From an uncultured virus (IMG/VR IMGVR_UViG_3300027581_000001) (taxonomy: Duplodnaviria > Heunggongvirae > Uroviricota > Caudoviricetes > Kyanoviridae), in the IMG/VR virus record IMGVR_UViG_3300027581_000001: a stretch of DNA of 64,000 bases. The stretch is one strand, 5' to 3'. The notes under the pieces are model-generated. The model was not told the origin of the DNA. It did not search any database and worked only from the letters and a program-made list of their open reading frames with translations. Positions 38,363-45,680 of this stretch are shown here, piece by piece; position 1 is the stretch's first letter; every line of letters begins with the position of its first letter. The position numbers and the translations under genes were made by a program.

Positions 38363-39398
38363 CAATTCTTTCACTAATCCAATTATAAGTCTTACGAATA
38401 CCTTCTTCAAGTGTCTGAGAATAATCCCAACCCAATTCTTTACGAATCAAATCATTATTGGAGTTACGTCCACGAACACCAAGAGGTCCATCAATATGAT
38501 TTTTTGATACTTTTTTACCAGCAACTTTTGCAGCAGTATCCACAAGTTGATTGATAGTTACCATTTCTTCTGAACCAATATTTACTGGACCAATAAAATC
38601 AGATTCCATCATACGACGAGTTGCCTCTATACACTCATCAATGTAGAGGAATGAACGAGTTTGTTTTCCATCACCCCATACTTCAACTGTTCCACCTTCT
38701 GCAGGAAGATATGCTACCTTACGACAGATTGCTGCTGGAGACTTTTCTCTACCACCTTCCCAGGTTCCTTCAGGACCAAAGATATTATGATACCTGCATA
38801 CACGCACAGGTATACCGTAATTCCGATGATACGCAAAATATAACCTTTCCGAGAATAGTTTTTCCCACCCATATTCAGAGTCTGGTGCTGCTGGATATGC
38901 TGATTCTTCACGACAATCAGGATTATCTGGATCTAATTGATTGTGTTCTGGGTACATACAAGCAGACCCAGAATAGAAAATCTTAGTAGTATTCCAACCA
39001 GTAATATCATTAAATTTGCGAACAGATTCAAGCACATTCAGATTTACTGTACAGGAGTTGTGCATAATATCTGCATCATTCTCTCCGGTAAAAACAAATC
39101 CTGCTCCACCCATATCAGCAGCAAACTGATAGATTTCGTCAAATGGTTGTAGATATCGTGAAGGAACATTATGATAATAATTTCCCTGATATCCTTTAAA
39201 CTGAATTACTCTCTCAACAAAACTCACATCTCTCAGGTCTCCCTGAATGAATTCGTGTGCTTCTGTTTCTGAGAACTCTGGATACTTAAGATCTACACCA
39301 CGAACCCAGTATCCTTCTGATCGCAATTTGCGAACCATATGACTTCCAATAAATCCACCAGCACCAAGAACAAGTGCTGTTTTTTTATACTCACTCAT
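38349..39398 (-). CDS. GDP-mannose 3,5-epimerase-like enzyme
   Basis: GAGGFIG, AADMGGAGF, SACMYP, YGWEK, GGREKSPAAICRK, GVRGRNSNN. Confidence 0.9.
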   Translation of the reverse strand: MSEYKKTALVLGAGGFIGSHMVRKLRSEGYWVRGVDLKYPEFSETEAHEFIQGDLRDVSFVERVIQFKGYQGNYYHNVPSRYLQPFDEIYQFAADMGGAGFVFTGENDADIMHNSCTVNLNVLESVRKFNDITGWNTTKIFYSGSACMYPEHNQLDPDNPDCREESAYPAAPDSEYGWEKLFSERLYFAYHRNYGIPVRVCRYHNIFGPEGTWEGGREKSPAAICRKVAYLPAEGGTVEVWGDGKQTRSFLYIDECIEATRRMMESDFIGPVNIGSEEMVTINQLVDTAAKVAGKKVSKNHIDGPLGVRGRNSNNDLIRKELGWDYSQTLEEGIRKTYNWISERIDDKK

Positions 39399-39419
39399 AA
39401 AAATTATCTTTGTTTTCTT

Positions 39420-39462
39420 TATTTATTATACCAAAAAATGAGAGTTTATGCAACTCTCATTT
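39420..39462 (-). promoter_or_regulatory. Sigma70 plus late promoter of the glycosylation operon, overlapping a terminator hairpin
   Basis: TTGCAT-17 nt-TATAAT overlapping TAAATA; AAATGAGAGTT/AACTCTCATTT inverted repeat. Confidence 0.7.
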
Positions 39463-39469
39463 GGGTTTT

Positions 39470-39590
39470 TTAGGCTCGCCACCTAGTTTTTACTGAACTA
39501 GGAAACAGTCGACAATATAGTCTCTGTGTGTGTTTGTGTGTAATAGGGTCAGATTGACTCTACCAGTTCTTTTAAAGTCTTTCCGTGACT
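39470..39590 (-). ncRNA. Cyanophage structured RNA, manA-like (or wcaG-like) motif
   Basis: AGUC-ACGGAAA-GACU hairpin, GAGUC/GACC stem, CCUAGUU/AACUAGG hairpin then UGGCG; lies 5' of an NDP-sugar epimerase and near tRNAs; family name from recall only. Confidence 0.55.
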
Positions 39591-39816
39591 AAGTGTAATG
39601 ACGATAGGCACCAACCTCAGGGTCTGGATCTAACCATTTAGTATATTCATAGTCATCCAGAGCAGTCACAAGTTGCATTTCATTATCAAGTAAATACATA
39701 TCCTTATAACGCTTGGTCAAACTATCTACTTTCTGAATACGATAGTCTGGTTTGCCGTTTTCTAGGACTCCAGTATCAACATAACGATAGGGAAATCGTT
39801 CAAAAATGATGCTCAT
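39589..39816 (-). CDS. Conserved hypothetical protein
   Basis: ERFPYRYV..NGKPDYRIQK..YKDMYL. Confidence 0.7.
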   Translation of the reverse strand: MSIIFERFPYRYVDTGVLENGKPDYRIQKVDSLTKRYKDMYLLDNEMQLVTALDDYEYTKWLDPDPEVGAYRHYT

Positions 39817-40025
39817 GCTTCTACAGATTCAAGGTCTTGAACGATACAGTCAATTAAAATATCATAATTATCAAGAGCATCATCGGTAAAAATTACTCCT
39901 TCGTTCTGATAATACTTACGAACTTTCTTGAAGAGTTTTGGATTCTTTACATCAAGATAGAAGTCTCCGTTTACGGCAGCACGAAGAACCTGAACATCTT
40001 TCTTAAACTTGTCTGTGAGAGTCAT
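39813..40025 (-). CDS. Conserved hypothetical protein
   Basis: LDVKNPKLFKKVRKYY. Confidence 0.7.
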   Translation of the reverse strand: MTLTDKFKKDVQVLRAAVNGDFYLDVKNPKLFKKVRKYYQNEGVIFTDDALDNYDILIDCIVQDLESVEA

Positions 40026-40078
40026 TTGACTGGTTTGTTTGCCTATGTATTATAGTGAATTGACTTTGATAAGTCAAG

Positions 40079-40151
40079 TGCTCCTTGTCAGGATCGAACT
40101 GACCTTAGCCGAATTATGAGTTCGGTGCATTCACCAGATTGCTAAAGGAGC
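40079..40151 (-). tRNA. tRNA with CAT anticodon (elongator Met or Ile2)
   Basis: GCTCCTT/AAGGAGC acceptor, CCGAA-CTCATAA-TTCGG, GTCAG-TTCGATC-CTGAC; paired 1:72 so not an initiator. Confidence 0.9.
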
Positions 40152-40179
40152 ATTCGGTATTAGAAAATAACGAATAAAA

Positions 40180-40407
40180 TTATGAACCTTCTTCGTGGTC
40201 GGTGTATATTTTCATTATATCTTTTTCATTAACACCAGCATCCTCAAAAACCTGTATAACTTCTTTGTAAGGAACTATAACGCAATTGCAGTTCTCGCTT
40301 TTGATAAGAAAGGATTCTCCCCTCTTAACCCTATCCAGAAGGACATCAAAATCTGCTTGAAACTCTTTGACAGTAAATGATTCTAATTCGTTAAGGTCTT
40401 TGTCCAT
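40180..40407 (-). CDS. Hypothetical protein (Phd/YefM-like N-terminus)
   Basis: FTVKEFQADFDVLLDRVKRGESFLI. Confidence 0.55.
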   Translation of the reverse strand: MDKDLNELESFTVKEFQADFDVLLDRVKRGESFLIKSENCNCVIVPYKEVIQVFEDAGVNEKDIMKIYTDHEEGS

Positions 40408-40428
40408 TTTTCATAATATGTTGTTTAA

Positions 40429-40513
40429 CGGAAGGGAGAGGATTCGAACCTCTGGATGCTTGCACATCTTCAGTTTTCAAGACTGACGCCATAAACCACT
40501 CGGCCACTCTTCC
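40429..40513 (-). tRNA. tRNA-Ser(TGA)
   Basis: TCAGT-CTTGAAA-ACTGA, long variable arm, AGAGG-TTCGAAT-CCTCT, G73; one A-C acceptor mismatch. Confidence 0.9.
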
Positions 40514-40521
40514 AAGAATCA

Positions 40522-40773
40522 TCAACGAACTTCAAAATCTAAACGACGAACTTTTCTTTGCCTCCTTTCTTCTTGCCACATAATATCTTTAGTTGAAAGA
40601 ACATTTGTTTTTTGTTCTTTCTGTGGTGAGTTTAACATTACAACACGCGACAAATCAACTGAGGATACCTTATCACAACAGATTGTTGCCATATTTGGAC
40701 ATCCACAACTAACTGTTTTTGTTGGATGTCCTATTAATTCTTTATTACAATCTTTGCACCGTATAGAAATCAT
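40522..40773 (-). CDS. Small zinc-finger-like hypothetical protein
   Basis: CKDC..CGCPN; C-terminal RKVRRLDFEVR. Confidence 0.65.
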   Translation of the reverse strand: MISIRCKDCNKELIGHPTKTVSCGCPNMATICCDKVSSVDLSRVVMLNSPQKEQKTNVLSTKDIMWQEERRQRKVRRLDFEVR

Positions 40774-40796
40774 TGTTTTTTTTTGAAATATTTATA

Positions 40797-40867
40797 AGCG
40801 GATACACGGATTTGAACCGAGGATAAAAGTTTGGAAAACTCTTGTGTTGCCACTACACCATATCCGC
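40797..40867 (-). tRNA. tRNA-Gly(TCC)
   Basis: GCGGATA/TATCCGC acceptor, U73, loop TTTCCAA; T-stem has a U-U mismatch. Confidence 0.85.
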
Positions 40868-40915
40868 AGATGAGGATTTACCCAACCTCAGAGTTTCCTC
40901 TAATGGAGAATAAGG

Positions 40916-40990
40916 CGTCTTGGGAGGGATTCGAACCCCCGACCAATTCATTAGAAGTGAATTGCTCTAATCCAACTGAGCTACCAAGAC
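40916..40990 (-). tRNA. tRNA-Arg(TCT)
   Basis: GTCTTGG/CCAAGAC acceptor, ATTCA-CTTCTAA-TGAAT, GGTTCGAATCC. Confidence 0.92.
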
Positions 40991-41023
40991 ATGATAGAAT
41001 TATAGAACAATTCTCCCCTTCGG

Positions 41024-41212
41024 TCAAGCAGATGCCTTACGGGCATTCTTCTCTTCGGTGATTTCGGTTCTTCTTTCCTTTACAGATTTAGCAACTTCTT
41101 GAAGTGCCTTACGAGCACGAGTTCCTGCAGCATTATTTCCTGCAACAAACTTATCATCCTCATCTTTCCATGCATCTACAGCATCCAAAAGTTTTTGTAT
41201 TGTTTCTGACAT
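41024..41212 (-). CDS. Histone H1-like (Hc1-family) small protein
   Basis: GNNAAGTRARKALQE motif. Confidence 0.65.
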   Translation of the reverse strand: MSETIQKLLDAVDAWKDEDDKFVAGNNAAGTRARKALQEVAKSVKERRTEITEEKNARKASA

Positions 41213-41281
41213 TTTTTATAAAAAGTGATTACATTTATATATAAAACAAAAAAGTGAGGAGGTTTCTCCCCACCAATAAAT

Positions 41282-41932
41282 TTAGGTATCAAGTACCATC
41301 TTGTTAGCATAACGATAGGCATAGTCGGTACGAGCACCGTGATGTCCCCAACGTATCCATCTTGATGCAAGACCCATATAACTGTCGATGGATCTTCCAG
41401 GGGTCTTCATTCCCCTCTCAATCATCTTCCAGTCACTCTCATTCAACATATAGTTGAGTTGAGTATCAAGTGAAGATGCACTACCACCAAGACGGGTAGC
41501 ATGATTTCCCAAACCATTATATCGTGAAGAATCTGTCCACTGAATTAATCCATATCCTCCACTTCCACAAGACTCATATTTTATTCTGGCACCACCTTCA
41601 CAAATATTAGGAACAAATCCAGATTCCTGTTTTATGTTTCCCATAATAGTGGCAAGAGCATTCTTATCTTTGATTCCTTGTTTTTGTAAGTAATCTAAAG
41701 CATAAGTTTCTGTTTGATTACACCCTTTACATTTCCAAATCTTTTCTTTATTTTCGACCTTCGTTTCTGTAATGTTTAGTTTTTCAGATTTGGTGTCTTT
41801 CTGATTTGAGAAGTCTTGAACAGTAAGTTCTAAACTTTCTTTCTCAGGAACTGGTGGAGCACTCACTGGTATCAAGAGTGGTGACTGAAACGCAGTTAAG
41901 ACTGAAAGGGTAGCAATTGTTGATAGTAGCAT
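41282..41932 (-). CDS. Secreted phage tail lysozyme-family protein (Phage_lysozyme2-like)
   Basis: N-terminal signal, IMGNIKQESGF, GYGLIQWT..R, QLNYM. Confidence 0.8.
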   Translation of the reverse strand: MLLSTIATLSVLTAFQSPLLIPVSAPPVPEKESLELTVQDFSNQKDTKSEKLNITETKVENKEKIWKCKGCNQTETYALDYLQKQGIKDKNALATIMGNIKQESGFVPNICEGGARIKYESCGSGGYGLIQWTDSSRYNGLGNHATRLGGSASSLDTQLNYMLNESDWKMIERGMKTPGRSIDSYMGLASRWIRWGHHGARTDYAYRYANKMVLDT

Positions 41933-41940
41933 TAAGTTTA

Positions 41941-42007
41941 ATAGAATTCGGCATCCGTATAGAAGAGGGGTTTACCTTCCTCTCGGGGGCATCTTCCACG
42001 GCTCTAG
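41941..42007 (-). ncRNA. Candidate structured cis-regulatory RNA in the lysozyme leader
   Basis: GC-rich island with nested pairings UAGAG/UUCUA, CCGU/ACGG, GGAAG/CUUCU, UGCC/GGUA, CC-GAGA-GG. Confidence 0.55.
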
Positions 42008-42065
42008 GTTGTCACGTCAAAATCTTATAATAAAAAAAAGCAGTCTTATTAAGAACTGCTTAAGC

Positions 42066-42094
42066 ATTATATGAAATTATTTAGGTTTTGTCAA
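42066..42094 (-). promoter_or_regulatory. Perfect sigma70 promoter with embedded late TAAATA
   Basis: TTGACA-17 nt-TATAAT. Confidence 0.85.
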
Positions 42095-42147
42095 GATTCT
42101 GGTTCAAGGGAGAGAATTTCCATTTCCTCATCTTCTGGATTTATCTA

Positions 42148-42894
42148 TTAATGTTTATATTTAAAAAATTTAAAGTCTTGATTAAATTTTAGATTAAACG
42201 GCCACATAAACTCTTTTATAGTAATATTATCAAATGCATTCATATTCTTTAGTCTATTCCAACATATGGTCTGGAATAAAGGTTCCGTAGCATTATATCT
42301 TGGTATATGTAGGAGATCTCTATTGTCAAGTCCTAATAGTTTCCAAACCTTTTGAAGTCCACTCTCCAAGTTTTCTAATTTAATGAACGTATTAAGTAAA
42401 AATTTATTATTTGAATCATCGAAAGTATATGAATATTGAGTAGACATATACTTATTCATGTACTCAACTATACTAATTTCTTTTTTATACAACTTAAGTT
42501 CTTTAGATATGAAATCTTCATTATACTGCACTTTCTTAATTTGTCTCAGACAATCTTCAGTAATATTAGTTTGATCATCACTAAAGTTATTTTTTACAGA
42601 GACTATACCGGATTTATAAGCTTGCTCTCCTGCTTTTAATGCATAAGCAATACTACTTTTTATTCTTGGAATTGGATGTCTAACAACAGTAAATTTAAAA
42701 TACTCATCCCAATTCCAACCTTTTATACCAAAATATGCCTTCATTTGTTTAGCATTTGGATGAATATAGTTTGAAGGCCAATCAGGATCATCAGAAGATA
42801 TATCAGAATACTTATCAAGCAAATACCTTACTGTACTGCTACCTGTTTTAGGAATTGAAATATAGACAAATTTATATTTGTGAGAAATTCTCAT
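42148..42894 (-). CDS. Sulfotransferase family 2 protein, paralog 2
   Basis: IPKTGSST PAPS-binding loop, FTVVRHP..R..S. Confidence 0.85.
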   Translation of the reverse strand: MRISHKYKFVYISIPKTGSSTVRYLLDKYSDISSDDPDWPSNYIHPNAKQMKAYFGIKGWNWDEYFKFTVVRHPIPRIKSSIAYALKAGEQAYKSGIVSVKNNFSDDQTNITEDCLRQIKKVQYNEDFISKELKLYKKEISIVEYMNKYMSTQYSYTFDDSNNKFLLNTFIKLENLESGLQKVWKLLGLDNRDLLHIPRYNATEPLFQTICWNRLKNMNAFDNITIKEFMWPFNLKFNQDFKFFKYKH

Positions 42895-42921
42895 GAGTTT
42901 TTTATTGGAAAAAATTTATAT

Positions 42922-43671
42922 TTAACACGGTGACAGAAAATCTTTTAAGTATTCATATTTAAAATGATAAAAGTCTTGTTGAAATTTTTCTTTAATAAAC
43001 TTTCGGTATTTTCCAAACACATCTATATCCATTAGTTTATTCGAACACATGGTCTGGAATAAAGGTTCCGTAACATTATATTTTGGTATACGTAGGAGAT
43101 CTCTATTGTCAAGTCCTAATCGTTTCCAAACCTTTTGAAGTCCACTCTCAAAGTATTCTAATTTAATGATTTCATTAACTAAACATTTCTTTGAATCATT
43201 GTAAACATATGAATATTGATTAGCCATATGCTTATACATGAAATCTATTACACTAATTTTTTCTTCATATAACATACGAGTTGAAAGTTCCCATTTAAGT
43301 TGATCACCTTTTAGTCCATTGTCAATATTAGCAGAACTTATCGCATCTGCATAGGCAGTCAAAACTTTCAGACTATAATTGCTAGATTTATAAGCTTGCT
43401 CTCCTGCTTTTAATGCATAAGCAATACTACTTTTTATTCTTGGAATTGGATGTCTAACAACAGTAAATTTAAAATACTCATCCCAATTCCAACCTTTTAT
43501 ATCAAAATATGTCTTTATTTGTTTAGCATTTGGGTGAGGGCCAATTGTTAATGACCAATAAGGATCATCAGAAGATATATCAGAATACTTATCAAGCAAA
43601 TACCTTACTGTACTGCTACCTGTTTTAGGAATTGCGATATAGACAAATTTATATTTGTGAGAAATTCTCAT
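42922..43671 (-). CDS. Sulfotransferase family 2 protein, paralog 1
   Basis: IPKTGSST, FTVVRHP..R..S; near-identical N-terminal half to its neighbour. Confidence 0.85.
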   Translation of the reverse strand: MRISHKYKFVYIAIPKTGSSTVRYLLDKYSDISSDDPYWSLTIGPHPNAKQIKTYFDIKGWNWDEYFKFTVVRHPIPRIKSSIAYALKAGEQAYKSSNYSLKVLTAYADAISSANIDNGLKGDQLKWELSTRMLYEEKISVIDFMYKHMANQYSYVYNDSKKCLVNEIIKLEYFESGLQKVWKRLGLDNRDLLRIPKYNVTEPLFQTMCSNKLMDIDVFGKYRKFIKEKFQQDFYHFKYEYLKDFLSPC

Positions 43672-43692
43672 GAGTTTTTTATTGGAAAAAAT

Positions 43693-43875
43693 TTAGATTT
43701 GAAAATCTTTTGATTCGAAGGAATAAATTTCGATTTCATCATCTTCTGGTTCTATCCACTCATAGAACTCAGCAAGAATTGATTTAGCATCATTTCTAGA
43801 TATGCTTTCATCTGCTGCTCGTTCGAGAGACCATTCTCTTAGATATCCAACAATTTCTTCAGTTGTTGTGTTCAT
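43693..43875 (-). CDS. Hypothetical protein (60 aa)
   Basis: MNTTTEEIV..AEFYEWIEP; start chosen at the ATG overlapping the upstream gene end. Confidence 0.6.
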   Translation of the reverse strand: MNTTTEEIVGYLREWSLERAADESISRNDAKSILAEFYEWIEPEDDEIEIYSFESKDFQI

Positions 43876-44305
43876 AGTAGTCTTTTCGGAAGTATCTGCT
43901 GAGGATATTGCTATTGTAATACCTTGGGACTCCGTTGTCAAGAGATTCTGTAAGGACTCCGTTGACAAAGAGTTGTCTAGTCTCTTCGAAGTTTGTTTTG
44001 CCACCTGTTTTATGTAATGATAAGATAGTTCGACTAAAATTCTCTCTGCCCAATTTGTCAATGTCTTCTTTAAGTTCTGGACAAGATCCATAATATTTTT
44101 TCCAATCAGATTCTGATTTTACTTTACGTTTTTTTCCCTTTGGTGTTCTAAATGACCAGAAGTATTTCCTGCCGATGTATTTTCGATTGTTTTGTATATT
44201 TGTAATAAGATAAACAAAACCGAAATTATCGTTAATATTCTTAGATAAAAAAGGGACTCCTTCAAAAAACCAGGGGTTTTCATAGTCAACATCTATACTC
44301 ATCAA
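43859..44305 (-). CDS. GIY-YIG-like nuclease family protein
   Basis: GFVYLITN..RKYIGRK..YYGS. Confidence 0.75.
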   Translation of the reverse strand: MMSIDVDYENPWFFEGVPFLSKNINDNFGFVYLITNIQNNRKYIGRKYFWSFRTPKGKKRKVKSESDWKKYYGSCPELKEDIDKLGRENFSRTILSLHKTGGKTNFEETRQLFVNGVLTESLDNGVPRYYNSNILSRYFRKDYYEHNN

Positions 44306-44439
44306 TTATATTAATGACTTCTTTTAAGTATTTATTAACAAGTTATTTAGAGTTAATACTTAATTAGTCATTATATAATTTTCTTTTAATTTTAGCACAC
44401 GAACTTTTAATTCGTCTTTAGTAATTTGATTCTTCGACA

Positions 44440-45621
44440 TTAAAGTTTGAATCCACTGAATGTGTCCTTTTTCACATCTTGCTTAATACCACCGACCATA
44501 TAAGATTCAACTTCTGTTTCTTGAGGTGCTACCTGAAGACCCTTGGAAGAAATCCAATGCTGAGTCCAAGGAAGTGGATTATTTTTAGCAGTAATGTCAT
44601 AAATTGGTTTTAATCCAATTGCTTTTATACGTCGATTTGCAATCCACTCCACATACTGTTGAAGAAGTTTATCATTAAGTCCAATCATACTACCATTTTT
44701 AAATAGGTGATCTGCCCACTTCTTTTCTTCGTTTACAGCACGATCAAACATCTTATAAACCCACTCTTCTTCTTCTTTTGCAATCTGCTGCATTTCTGGG
44801 TCATCACCCTCTCTCCATTTGTTTATAATGTTTTGAGTAAGTGCTAAATGTTGGTTTTCGTCTCTTGCGATAAGAGAGATGATCTTAGCTGATCCTTCCA
44901 TAAGCTTAAGTTCACCAAAGGCGAAACTGCAAGCAAAACTAACGTAGAAGCGAATACCTTCAAGAATATTAACGTTTGCGACTGCTCTGTAAAGTTTTCG
45001 TTTGACATCGGTAAGATTCTCCTTTGCGTAATGAACTCCTTCAAGTCTGTGCTTCCATGACTCGGAAGCACCATAGTTTTGTGCTGACTGAATAAAGTCA
45101 TCATAAGACTCTGTAACGCTCTCAGCACGTTCTAGAATACGTTGGTCACTAATAATAGTATCAAGGATCTCGGCAGGGTCTGAATATACGTTTTTAATAA
45201 TATAGGTATATGAACGACTATGGATCATCTCCATAAACTCCCATACAGTCATACATGCTTCCAATTCAGGAAGAGAACAATAAGGTAAGAATGCCATGCC
45301 AGGTCCACGACCCTGAACAGAGTCAAGCATAATTTGATACTTCAGGTTAGAAGTATAGATGTGCTTTTGTTCCGGACGAAGTGTTTGATAATCACCACGA
45401 TCTTTCTGTAGGGAAACCTCTTCGGGTCTCCAAAAATAACTTAATTGTTGGGTGGTGAGTTTCTCAAAAACTGGGTACTTATAAGAGTCATATCTTTGAA
45501 TGCCTAGGGGTTGTCCGAAAAACATTGGTTGTTTTTTAGTATCGACTTGTTTTGTATTAAAAACAGTCATTCCTTTAATTTTTTCCTTTTGTTCTTCTGA
45601 TTTTATGAACTCGTATCCCAT
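44440..45621 (-). CDS. nrdB: Class Ia ribonucleotide reductase beta subunit
   Basis: FWRPEEV, EMIHSRSY, LEGIRFYVSF, RDENQH, VAPQETE; start at MGYEF with an AGAGGA RBS. Confidence 0.97.
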   Translation of the reverse strand: MGYEFIKSEEQKEKIKGMTVFNTKQVDTKKQPMFFGQPLGIQRYDSYKYPVFEKLTTQQLSYFWRPEEVSLQKDRGDYQTLRPEQKHIYTSNLKYQIMLDSVQGRGPGMAFLPYCSLPELEACMTVWEFMEMIHSRSYTYIIKNVYSDPAEILDTIISDQRILERAESVTESYDDFIQSAQNYGASESWKHRLEGVHYAKENLTDVKRKLYRAVANVNILEGIRFYVSFACSFAFGELKLMEGSAKIISLIARDENQHLALTQNIINKWREGDDPEMQQIAKEEEEWVYKMFDRAVNEEKKWADHLFKNGSMIGLNDKLLQQYVEWIANRRIKAIGLKPIYDITAKNNPLPWTQHWISSKGLQVAPQETEVESYMVGGIKQDVKKDTFSGFKL

Positions 45622-45680
45622 GCGATTCCTCTTTACCGTTTGATTGACTCTTACATTACTATTTAAGTTTTTACGAATGT

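Noticed and set aside
43876..44091. N-terminal extension of the 132-aa ORF overlapping the GIY-YIG gene
   Set aside because: More simply explained by a start at ATG 43875; the extension lies wholly within another gene.
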